A stretch of 64,000 nt of DNA from Arcobacteraceae bacterium (GTDB lineage Bacteria > Campylobacterota > Campylobacteria > Campylobacterales > Arcobacteraceae), in NCBI GenBank assembly GCA_963662945.1, contig OY759974.1, forward strand, positions 2,400,001 to 2,464,000, given 5' to 3'. Below the pieces are notes generated by a model. The model had not been told where the DNA came from. It saw nothing but the letters and a program-made list of their open reading frames with translations, and made no database searches. Positions 32,363-39,924 of the stretch are shown here, one piece after another. How positions within the stretch are numbered: position 1 is the stretch's first letter; each line of letters begins with the position of its first letter. Position numbers and translations under genes: made by a program.

Positions 32363-34303
32363 TTGTCACAACAATTACTACAAAAACAAGCGGATACAAT
32401 TAGATTTTTAGCAGCTGATATGGTACAAGCTGCGAATAGTGGGCATCCTGGTGCTCCAATGGGATTAGCAGATATAGCTACAGTTTTAAGTAAGCATTTA
32501 AGACTTGACCCAAATAACACACAATGGTTAAATAGAGACAGATTAGTTTTTTCAGGTGGTCATGCTTCATCACTTGTTTACTCTTTATTACATCTTTGGG
32601 GATTTGATGTAACTTTAGAAGATTTAAAACAATTTAGACAAACAGGAAGTAAAACTCCAGGACATCCAGAATATGGACATACAAGTGGTGTAGAGATTAC
32701 AACTGGACCATTAGGGCAGGGTATCGCAAATGCTGTTGGTTTTGCAATGGCAAGTGCTTATGCAAAACATTGTTTAAATAGTGAAACAGCGCAAGTTATC
32801 GATCATCATGTATATTGTTTATGTGGTGATGGAGATTTACAAGAGGGTATCTCTTATGAAGCGTGTGCTACTTTAGGACACCAAGGAATTTCAAACTTTA
32901 CACTTATTTATGATTCAAATGATATTACTATTGAGGGTGATATCTCTATTGCTTGGTCTGAGGATGTTGCAAAAAGATTTGAAGCTATTAACTTCAATGC
33001 TGTGACAATTGATGGGCATGATTTTGATGCTATTGATAAAGCTATAACTGATTCAAAAAACAGTTCAAAACCTACAATTATCATAGCGAAAACTGCTATT
33101 GGAAAAGGTGCTGCTACATTAGAGGGAAGTCATCATACACATGGTGCACCACTTGGAGCTGAAGAGTTAGCTGCTTCTAAAACAAAAGCTGGTTTTGATC
33201 CTGAAAAATCATTTTTTATACCAGAAGATGTAAAAGCAGCATTTGATAAAACAGAGTCAGGTGCTTTACAAAGTAAAGCTTGGGAAAAACTAGTTAAAAA
33301 AGACTTACCATTAAGTGAGCAAAATGAAGCATTAAATGCACTTTTAAATCCAGATTTTTCTAAAGTAAATTATCCAGATTTTAGTGATGTAGATTCTATG
33401 GCAACAAGAGATTCAAATCACAAAATATTAAATGCAATTGCTGGTGCAGTTCCATCATTTTTAGGTGGAAGTGCAGATTTAGCACCATCAAATAAAACTG
33501 AGTTGATGGGACTTGGTGATTTCCCAAGAGGAAGAAATATCCACTTTGGTATCAAAGAACACTCAATGGCAGCTATTACAAATGCTATGAATATTTATGG
33601 ATTATTTAGAGTATTTAGTGCAACATTCTTTATCTTTAGTGATTATTTAAAACCAGCTGCAAGAGTAGCTGCACTTTCAAGTATCCCACAACATTTTGTA
33701 TGGACACATGATAGTATTGGAGTAGGGGAAGATGGTGCAACTCATCAACCTATCGAGCAACTAAGCCAATTTAGAGCATTACCAAACTTTTATACATTTA
33801 GACCTGCTGATGCTACTGAAAATATTGAGTGTTGGAAAACTGCATTTACACTAAATGCACCTACAGCTTTTGTATGTTCTAGACAAAAGTTAACTAACTT
33901 AAAAGGGCAAAAAGTAGTTGGAGATGTTTCAAAAGGTGGATATCTTGTAACAAAACACGATAAAGCAGATGTAACATTTATGGCAAGTGGGAGTGAAGTA
34001 TCACTTTGTCTTGAAGCTGCTAAGTTATTAGAAAAAGCAGGAGTATATGCAAATGTTGTATCTGTTCCTTGTTTTGATTTACTTGTAGAGCAAGATATAG
34101 ATTATATTGATGAAATCATTGATATGAACAATACTTTTGTAGTAGCTGTAGAAGCTGCAACTGCTATGGAATACTACAAATTTGCTGATGTGGTTATCGG
34201 TATGACTGGATTTGGAGAGAGTGGACCTGCTGAGGAACTTTTTGAAAAATTTGGTTTCACACCAGAAAAAATCGCTGCTAGAGTTCAAGAGATAGTAGCG
34301 TAA
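32363..34303 (+). CDS. tkt: Transketolase
   Basis: SGHPGAPMG, TPGHPE, GDGDLQEG and THDSIGVGEDGATHQP; TTG start after AGGA. Confidence 0.97.
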   Translation: MSQQLLQKQADTIRFLAADMVQAANSGHPGAPMGLADIATVLSKHLRLDPNNTQWLNRDRLVFSGGHASSLVYSLLHLWGFDVTLEDLKQFRQTGSKTPGHPEYGHTSGVEITTGPLGQGIANAVGFAMASAYAKHCLNSETAQVIDHHVYCLCGDGDLQEGISYEACATLGHQGISNFTLIYDSNDITIEGDISIAWSEDVAKRFEAINFNAVTIDGHDFDAIDKAITDSKNSSKPTIIIAKTAIGKGAATLEGSHHTHGAPLGAEELAASKTKAGFDPEKSFFIPEDVKAAFDKTESGALQSKAWEKLVKKDLPLSEQNEALNALLNPDFSKVNYPDFSDVDSMATRDSNHKILNAIAGAVPSFLGGSADLAPSNKTELMGLGDFPRGRNIHFGIKEHSMAAITNAMNIYGLFRVFSATFFIFSDYLKPAARVAALSSIPQHFVWTHDSIGVGEDGATHQPIEQLSQFRALPNFYTFRPADATENIECWKTAFTLNAPTAFVCSRQKLTNLKGQKVVGDVSKGGYLVTKHDKADVTFMASGSEVSLCLEAAKLLEKAGVYANVVSVPCFDLLVEQDIDYIDEIIDMNNTFVVAVEAATAMEYYKFADVVIGMTGFGESGPAEELFEKFGFTPEKIAARVQEIVA

Positions 34304-34319
34304 CTCTTAAAATGGCAGA

Positions 34320-34374
34320 TATCAATAATGCAGTTGTGATTGTCTCAATCGCTGCGTTATTGATAGGCTTTTTT
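34320..34374 (+). terminator. Probable tkt terminator
   Basis: TATCAATAATGCAG...CTGCGTTATTGATA stem followed by a T run. Confidence 0.6.
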
Positions 34375-34404
34375 CTTTATATTATTTTTTAACTTATTAA
34401 AATA

Positions 34405-34938
34405 TCACTTTGGTCTAAATCCTATTAAATTATCATTTGTCTTTTGAGTATCTTGTAAGATTTGATGTAAGAGTTCAAAAGCTTCATCTATTCTATGAGT
34501 ATTGTAGTTTTGATGTTGTTGGTCAATTTTAATCGTTTTTTCTATCTCTTCTATTCTCTGTGCTATATCTTTATAGTTTAAAGCAAATTCTCTCATTTTT
34601 GTAAATGTTCGCATGATAGTAAGAGTCACTTCTGTAGCAACTTGACTTTTTAACACCGTTGCCAACATATACACTCCCTGTTCTGTAAAAACTTTAGGTA
34701 AATATTTTCTATCTTTTAAGCTTTCTTTAAAGGTCGCATTTTGCGACCTTAAGATATCTACTTCTTCCTTTGTCATCTCAAAAAATAAATCGCAAGGAAA
34801 TCTTTCAGGATTTCTTTTAACAGCTTCATTTATCCTTTTTGTTTCTACATTGTATAAATTTGCTAAATCACTATCTAACATAATATTGAGATTACGAACT
34901 TTATATATCTTTGTTTCTATATTATTTACAATTTCCAT
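34405..34938 (-). CDS. ORF6N-domain DNA-binding protein
   Basis: MLDSDLANLYNVETKRINEAVKRNPERFP, FTEQGVYMLATVLKS and C-terminal IGF. Confidence 0.88.
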   Translation of the reverse strand: MEIVNNIETKIYKVRNLNIMLDSDLANLYNVETKRINEAVKRNPERFPCDLFFEMTKEEVDILRSQNATFKESLKDRKYLPKVFTEQGVYMLATVLKSQVATEVTLTIMRTFTKMREFALNYKDIAQRIEEIEKTIKIDQQHQNYNTHRIDEAFELLHQILQDTQKTNDNLIGFRPK

Positions 34939-35025
34939 ATCTGATACTCCTATTTTTTCTAAAGTATCTTATCATCTTTTTTAATTTGAGATTGAAAATA
35001 TGGCATATTGTAATATTTATGTTTT

Positions 35026-35259
35026 TTAGCAGAGTGTTTTTTGTCTGTTTATTTTTTCTTCTATAGTTTTAGTTGTATTATTAATATTGTCGTATAATGA
35101 TTTTCTTTGGTCATGTGTAATATCTTCTGATAGTAAATATTCTAATATGTTTAATGTTGTTTCAACAAGTATATAATCCTCTTGAAGGTCTTTTTTATAT
35201 TTTTCAATTCTTTGTATTGATGATTTTATTTTATCTTTCAAAATCATTCTTTTTCTCAA
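35026..35259 (-). CDS. Small hypothetical protein
   Basis: Helical 73-77 aa ORF overlapping the upstream ORF; start uncertain. Confidence 0.45.
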   Translation of the reverse strand: MRKRMILKDKIKSSIQRIEKYKKDLQEDYILVETTLNILEYLLSEDITHDQRKSLYDNINNTTKTIEEKINRQKTLC

Positions 35260-35458
35260 TTTCTTTTAAGTAGTATTCAAGTACAAAAATTACATTATCA
35301 TTTTTTTCTAACCATTTATGTATCTCTTTATTTGAAGCATTTGTATTTAGTAAAATATTTATCTTTTTTAATAATATTTTAGTGAATAGATATTTTTCTT
35401 GGATTGTTTCATAATTTTTATCTATTCTTTGTTTTAGGTTTATTATTGTTTGTTGCAA
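35231..35458 (-). CDS. Small hypothetical protein
   Basis: 75-aa ORF, TTG start after AAGG, divergent from the XRE gene. Confidence 0.5.
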   Translation of the reverse strand: MQQTIINLKQRIDKNYETIQEKYLFTKILLKKINILLNTNASNKEIHKWLEKNDNVIFVLEYYLKEIEKKNDFER

Positions 35459-35485
35459 ATTTTAGCCTTTGAAAAATATTTCAAA

Positions 35486-35559
35486 TTTATCCTATAGGAT
35501 AAAGATTTTTTAATTATATAACTATAAAGTTTAATTTTAAATTAACTCTATAGGATAAA
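35486..35559. promoter_or_regulatory. Pair of operator-like sites in divergent promoter region
   Basis: Perfect palindrome TTTATCCTATAGGATAAA (35486-35503) and a 15/18 copy TTAACTCTATAGGATAAA (35542-35559) overlapping the XRE gene RBS. Confidence 0.7.
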
Positions 35560-35563
35560 TAAG

Positions 35564-35815
35564 ATGGAAACCGATTTTAGTAACTCAACAAAAGAAGAAA
35601 TAAAAAAGTTTTATGAAAATATTTCAAAAAAAGTAAAGTTTTTTCGAGAAAGTAAAAATATAACTCAATTGGATTTAGCTTTGGATATAGGGATAAAGTC
35701 TGTAGCCTTTTATTCAAATTGTGAAAATAATAAATATGATAAACATTTTAATTTAGAACACTTGTATAAAATTGCCAAGTCTTTGAAGGTAGATATTAAT
35801 GAGTTTTTTAATTAA
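35564..35815 (+). CDS. XRE-family helix-turn-helix regulator
   Basis: VKFFRESKNITQLDLA...YSNCEN...LYKIAKSL. Confidence 0.85.
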   Translation: METDFSNSTKEEIKKFYENISKKVKFFRESKNITQLDLALDIGIKSVAFYSNCENNKYDKHFNLEHLYKIAKSLKVDINEFFN

Positions 35816-35835
35816 ATGTTATGATTATTTAGTAG

Positions 35836-35970
35836 GTATAACGTCTGAACTGAAGGACGATGACCCCATCAATATGTTTGCTGGCTTCTTTTTTAACTAA
35901 TACATAAAAGCTAATTTAGGCTTAAATATTTGCAGGGGTCACGCGTTCTTTTTCCTGTATTTTGTTATAT
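35836..35970 (-). other. attC site of cassette 4 (135 bp)
   Basis: Minus strand: ATATAAC-aaaat-ACAGGAAA...GTGACCCC...GGGGTCAT...tcagac-GTTATAC. Confidence 0.75.
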
Positions 35971-35992
35971 CTTATATAGTTTATGCTAATTA

Positions 35993-36349
35993 TTACAGTC
36001 TATCTGCATAACAAGTCCCATTGTCTTTTTTACCCCATTTATTCTCAATATAAATATATTCTCTATCCTCAGGTTCATAGTGATGAAATTTATAAGTGTA
36101 ACTATCATTTTTATATATAATGATTTCAGTTTTGAAATCATCATATTCTGATAATTTCTTTGAAAATGAATCAACTTTCCAAACGGTATATTTATTGTTA
36201 ACAAGAATTTTATTACTATCTAAATATCTACCAAATACTTTTATAGTGATATTGTCACCACTTTTCATTTTACATTCTAAATTATATATAAATGCCTTTG
36301 CATTTGTAAAAATTCCAAAGATTAATAATATGCTTAATAAGAACTTCAT
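35993..36349 (-). CDS. Cassette 4: small exported protein of unknown function
   Basis: Signal peptide MKFLLSILLIFGIFTNAKA, two Cys near the mature termini, purine-rich RBS. Confidence 0.75.
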   Translation of the reverse strand: MKFLLSILLIFGIFTNAKAFIYNLECKMKSGDNITIKVFGRYLDSNKILVNNKYTVWKVDSFSKKLSEYDDFKTEIIIYKNDSYTYKFHHYEPEDREYIYIENKWGKKDNGTCYADRL

Positions 36350-36389
36350 TTGAATATATCCTTTTATAAAGTAAATAGCTATTTTGTAG

Positions 36390-36522
36390 ATATAACGACC
36401 GAGTTGAAAAACAAGGTGTTATTTTTAATAAGATGTTCAAATCTTCATCTAAGTAATTTTACAAGATAAAGCTTAAATAATTGTAGTGTAACCTTGTTTT
36501 TCTTTCCAACGATTTGTTAGAT
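36390..36522 (-). other. attC site of cassette 3 (133 bp)
   Basis: Minus strand: ATCTAAC-aaatc-GTTGGAAA-GAAAAACAAGGT...ACCTTGTTTTTCAAC-tcggtc-GTTATAT. Confidence 0.82.
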
Positions 36523-36523
36523 T

Positions 36524-37006
36524 TTATAATATCTCAATATATGAATTATCTTTTTTTATTTCTTGTCTTAAATTTAGAATAAATTCAAGTTTTAATTTTC
36601 TGACATATTGTTTTAAATATTTTTTTGGCAAAAACTTAGTCCACATAGGTAAATCAAATTTATCATTTAAATAATATTTATCAAAATATATTTTAACAAT
36701 TTTTAAATTTTTTCCTTTTGTGTTTGTTGGAATAAAACATCTCCATGGTTTTTGATTATATAATATATTATTTTTAAAAGGTGTTGATTCATTCATACTA
36801 ATTTGTTGAACTTTTCCAGACCATTTAAATACAAGAACTACACCTTGATTTTGAAATTCCTGTCCGTAGTTATACCCTTGCTTTATAGAACAAAAACAAT
36901 TTAAACAAGAATCACCATTATAAATATTTCTTGAAAAAGGTATAAATTGTTTGCTTTTAATAATATTTAATGCAGAAGTTAAATTTGTAATATGATAAAT
37001 ATACAA
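36524..37006 (-). CDS. Cassette 3: protein with ADP-ribosyltransferase-like N-terminal YHxT motif
   Basis: The ORF-track start (37090) lies inside an attC. A better start is TTG 37006 after AAGGA, giving MYIYHITNLTSALNIIKSKQF (160 aa). The stop abuts attC R''. Confidence 0.7.
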   Translation of the reverse strand: MYIYHITNLTSALNIIKSKQFIPFSRNIYNGDSCLNCFCSIKQGYNYGQEFQNQGVVLVFKWSGKVQQISMNESTPFKNNILYNQKPWRCFIPTNTKGKNLKIVKIYFDKYYLNDKFDLPMWTKFLPKKYLKQYVRKLKLEFILNLRQEIKKDNSYIEIL

Positions 37007-37047
37007 TGATAGTCCTTTTTTATTACATAGTAAAATTTGATTTATAA

Positions 37048-37117
37048 ATCTAACGTTTGACTTGAGAAATAGTTGTGCCCGCAGGGTCAACTATTTCTCT
37101 CCAAGGTTTTGTTAGAC
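37048..37117 (-). other. attC site of cassette 2 (70 bp)
   Basis: Minus strand: GTCTAAC-aaaac-CTTGGAGA-GAAATAGTTGACCCTGCGGGCACAACTATT-TCTCAAG-tcaaac-GTTAGAT. Confidence 0.9.
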
Positions 37118-37128
37118 TTTTAATACAA

Positions 37129-37923
37129 CTATCCAATGTATAAATCATTCACCATTAATGGTACTTTGTGTAATTTATAATCAAGTTTTTTCATTAATTT
37201 TTCTTGCTCGTTTTGAATAAAAGGTTCTTGTCTTCTTTGAGTATCTTGTTTATATGTCCTAATTTCTTGTAGCATCTCTCGATTATGCTCTTCTTGTCCT
37301 CTTATCATTTCTCTTAATTGACGCTGATTATGTCTAATTTCATCTTGACCATTTAATAAATCAATGTGAGTTGGTTGCTCATTATGTATATGTATCTCTT
37401 GATTTATATTTATAATTTGTCTATCTTGAGCAAAGATAGAATCTAATGATGTATTAAGTCCATATATGATAACTCCTTCTGCCAAAATAGCTAACACTTT
37501 TTTTCCATTCAAGTGATACTTGTGTGGCGAATTTAATTCAATTTTTGTAAAGGACAATGCTTGTTCATCAACATAAATTGGTTCATACTTTCCATGACTA
37601 TTCCCACACATAATAATTGGTCTTTGGAGGCTGTGAAATTTTTTCCAAAATGATTTAGCATCTCTCTCTTTACTTTCAAGAAATACAAAATCATTATAGT
37701 TTTCAATAGTGTATTTTTCAGCTTCTTTTGGAACTGTTGAATATAAATCAAAAGAACGAGTAGCAATGATAAAATCTGAATCATGTGCACCATCTGCATA
37801 TAGTTTTTCCATGCTTTCAAGCATAGATAATTTCATATAATATTCACCAAGGAAAGTAACTGTATGTCCCATCATCCAGTGAGGTTGAATTGTTGGTGAT
37901 TGGAAAACTGTATTAATATTCAT
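37129..37923 (-). CDS. Cassette 2: hypothetical protein (hydrophobic segment + coiled coil)
   Basis: 264-aa ORF filling the space between two attC sites; RBS AAGGA. Confidence 0.8.
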   Translation of the reverse strand: MNINTVFQSPTIQPHWMMGHTVTFLGEYYMKLSMLESMEKLYADGAHDSDFIIATRSFDLYSTVPKEAEKYTIENYNDFVFLESKERDAKSFWKKFHSLQRPIIMCGNSHGKYEPIYVDEQALSFTKIELNSPHKYHLNGKKVLAILAEGVIIYGLNTSLDSIFAQDRQIININQEIHIHNEQPTHIDLLNGQDEIRHNQRQLREMIRGQEEHNREMLQEIRTYKQDTQRRQEPFIQNEQEKLMKKLDYKLHKVPLMVNDLYIG

Positions 37924-37941
37924 TTATTATGTCCTTTTGTA

Positions 37942-38010
37942 GTCTAACGGTTGAAGTGAGCTAATAAATTGCCCGCAGGGTAATTTATTAGCTCCTCTGA
38001 TTTGTTAGAC
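37942..38010 (-). other. attC site of cassette 1 (69 bp)
   Basis: Minus strand: GTCTAAC-aaatc-AGAGGAGC-TAATAAATTACCCTGCGGGCAATTTATTA-GCTCACT-tcaacc-GTTAGAC. Confidence 0.9.
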
Positions 38011-38048
38011 ATTAGTAAAATTTTTCTATATCTATAATTCATTAAGTT

Positions 38049-38972
38049 TTATAGAATTTTTTCTCTATTGATTTTTTCTTGATTTAAAGTAAAACCTTTG
38101 TTATTAAACACAGTTATTTGTAAATAATCATTAGATTGGTCATCAATATAGTCTCTAAAATTAATAAAATTATTTTCTTCAATAATTTTAAAATCATTAC
38201 TTATAATTTTTGAACTATTATTAGACTCTAAAACTATAGATAAACTTTTAATTAAAAAATATGTAAGTGATTCAGTTATTTTAATTACTGTATTAACCAT
38301 AGGGTATTCATATACATCAGAATCTATGAGTAGTATATTATCTTCTGTATCTTTAAAGCATGAAAAACAACATTGAATGTATGGTTCAACAGATGATAAG
38401 TGGGTAAGTATGTTTCTAAAGCTTTTTTTATTTCCTTTTTCAAGTAAATTAAATATATGTGATTTTAATTCATCTATTTCTTTTTGGAGTAATTTTATAT
38501 TATCCTTTGAATGATTTTTAACATATGATTCAAATAATTCAAAGTCTGATTGCTTTGGCTTTTTTAATTTTCTAGCAGGTTTTCCAAAATTTTTATAAAC
38601 AAAGTTGAAAAAGATATCTAAAGTGGATTTAGAATGCATAATAAAAGATCCAAAATCAGATGCAATTGTTACTTCATTAAATAATAATAATTCATTGTTC
38701 TCTTTATCTTTTATTGTTGTTGTGTTATGAGATTGTTTTATTAAATTAATAGATTTTTGTCTGATTTGATAAGAATAATATAGGATAGTAAACATTTTTT
38801 CTTTAAATGAGTTAGTGTCTTGTAAGCTAGAACTATCTAATTCTTTATGTACTTCTTTGTACATATTTAATGCATTTTCATTAGCAAAACCTTCAAAATA
38901 TGGATATAGTAAGCTTCTATTATAACTCGTATAGTTTTCACCATTTTTATTAAAATATAAATTCAAGTTCAT
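38049..38972 (-). CDS. Cassette 1: putative HEPN-domain protein
   Basis: Helical 307-aa protein with Rx4H motif (FRNILTH) and upstream SFIMHSKSTLD segment. Confidence 0.7.
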   Translation of the reverse strand: MNLNLYFNKNGENYTSYNRSLLYPYFEGFANENALNMYKEVHKELDSSSLQDTNSFKEKMFTILYYSYQIRQKSINLIKQSHNTTTIKDKENNELLLFNEVTIASDFGSFIMHSKSTLDIFFNFVYKNFGKPARKLKKPKQSDFELFESYVKNHSKDNIKLLQKEIDELKSHIFNLLEKGNKKSFRNILTHLSSVEPYIQCCFSCFKDTEDNILLIDSDVYEYPMVNTVIKITESLTYFLIKSLSIVLESNNSSKIISNDFKIIEENNFINFRDYIDDQSNDYLQITVFNNKGFTLNQEKINREKIL

Positions 38973-38977
38973 CCTTT

Positions 38978-38998
38978 GTCTAACTCTTTATTGAAGAT
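38978..38998 (-). other. attI-like recombination site
   Basis: Minus strand ...CTTCAATAAAGA-GTTAGAC-AAAGG-ATG. The core site has no inverted partner and lies directly before cassette 1. Confidence 0.65.
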
Positions 38999-39000
38999 AC

Positions 39001-39028
39001 ATTATATATAAAACACCCTGAAAATCAA
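39001..39028 (-). promoter_or_regulatory. Pc-like cassette promoter
   Basis: Minus strand TTGATT-N16-TATAAT, pointing into the array, 16 bp before the GTT core. Confidence 0.6.
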
Positions 39029-39410
39029 TAAATAACATACATAAAAAATGTTGTTTTATTTATTCGTTATAAAGCCTTTAAATAAAAGTCTTCTTACACA
39101 TTTTACTGTAAAAAACATTGCAATTTAAGATATTTTTTAAATAAATTTTAAGTTTTTGCTACAATTTTTATGTATGTTTAATGTCGATATTTCGATGATA
39201 ATAGTACATAATGTATGTATATTAAGACAATATCGTAATAAACCTGCATTATGTTAAATATATTGGGAGAGATATTATAAGTAAATAAAATCGAATGAAC
39301 TGTAACCAAACTTTACAAAAATATTCTCTTATAATCAATCTAAATCCTTATTAGCAACACTTTATCTCTCTATGCTATAATATCTCATAATTAACTATTA
39401 GGAGAGCAGA

Positions 39411-39923
39411 ATGATGGGATTTACAAAATTTAAAGGTACAGATGTAACATTAGAGGGAACACAACTAGAAGTTGGGGATATGGCTCCTGTTGTTACTATA
39501 GTTGGGGCTGATTTAGAAGATATTGAAGTTGGTGGTTCAAATGACCAAATACAACTTATCATCTCAGTACCATCTCTTGATACAGCAACTTGTGCAGCTG
39601 AAACTCGAAGATTCAATGAAGAGGTTGGGGCACTTGATATTTGTACAACAACTGTTATCTCTATGGATTTACCATTTGCAAGTGCAAAGTTCTGTACAAC
39701 AGAAGGTATAGATAACCTTGAAGTTGGAAGTGATTATGTTGATAAAGAGTTTGGAAAAGCTTATGGTGTATTGATGACTGACAATAAACTAAAAGGTTTA
39801 CTTGCTAGAACAGTTTTTGTAGTAGATAGAAATGGTATCATAGTATATAAACAAATAGTTCCAGAAGTTACAGCTGAACCAGATTATGAAGAGGTTTTAG
39901 AAGCGATTAAAGGGGCAAGATAA
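39411..39923 (+). CDS. tpx: Thiol peroxidase
   Basis: VPSLDTATC, SMDLPFA..FC and LLARTVFV. Confidence 0.93.
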   Translation: MMGFTKFKGTDVTLEGTQLEVGDMAPVVTIVGADLEDIEVGGSNDQIQLIISVPSLDTATCAAETRRFNEEVGALDICTTTVISMDLPFASAKFCTTEGIDNLEVGSDYVDKEFGKAYGVLMTDNKLKGLLARTVFVVDRNGIIVYKQIVPEVTAEPDYEEVLEAIKGAR

Positions 39924-39924
39924 G

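Larger units (their letters stand above)
35836..39028 (-). mobile_element. Integron-type gene cassette array (attI-like + Pc-like + 4 cassettes), no integrase in window
   Basis: Four attC hairpins alternate with four co-oriented single ORFs, with reciprocal core-site matches. Confidence 0.88.

Noticed and set aside
34320-34365. Fifth attC site after tkt
   Set aside because: Only about 40 bp between the would-be core sites, no intact TAAC, and a T run follows. Better explained as the tkt terminator.
37007-37090. N-terminal 28 codons of the 188-aa ORF in the track
   Set aside because: They start inside the attC hairpin with no RBS; TTG 37006 has AAGGA at normal spacing.
35836-38010. Repeated palindromes as a CRISPR array or simple terminators
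   Set aside because: The spacers are whole genes, the repeats differ in sequence and length, there are no cas genes or U-tracts, and the attC architecture explains them.
38985-39410. Integrase (intI) gene or remnant beyond attI
   Set aside because: No ORF of meaningful length and no recognisable tyrosine-recombinase motif by eye. A blastx would be needed to exclude a heavily decayed remnant.
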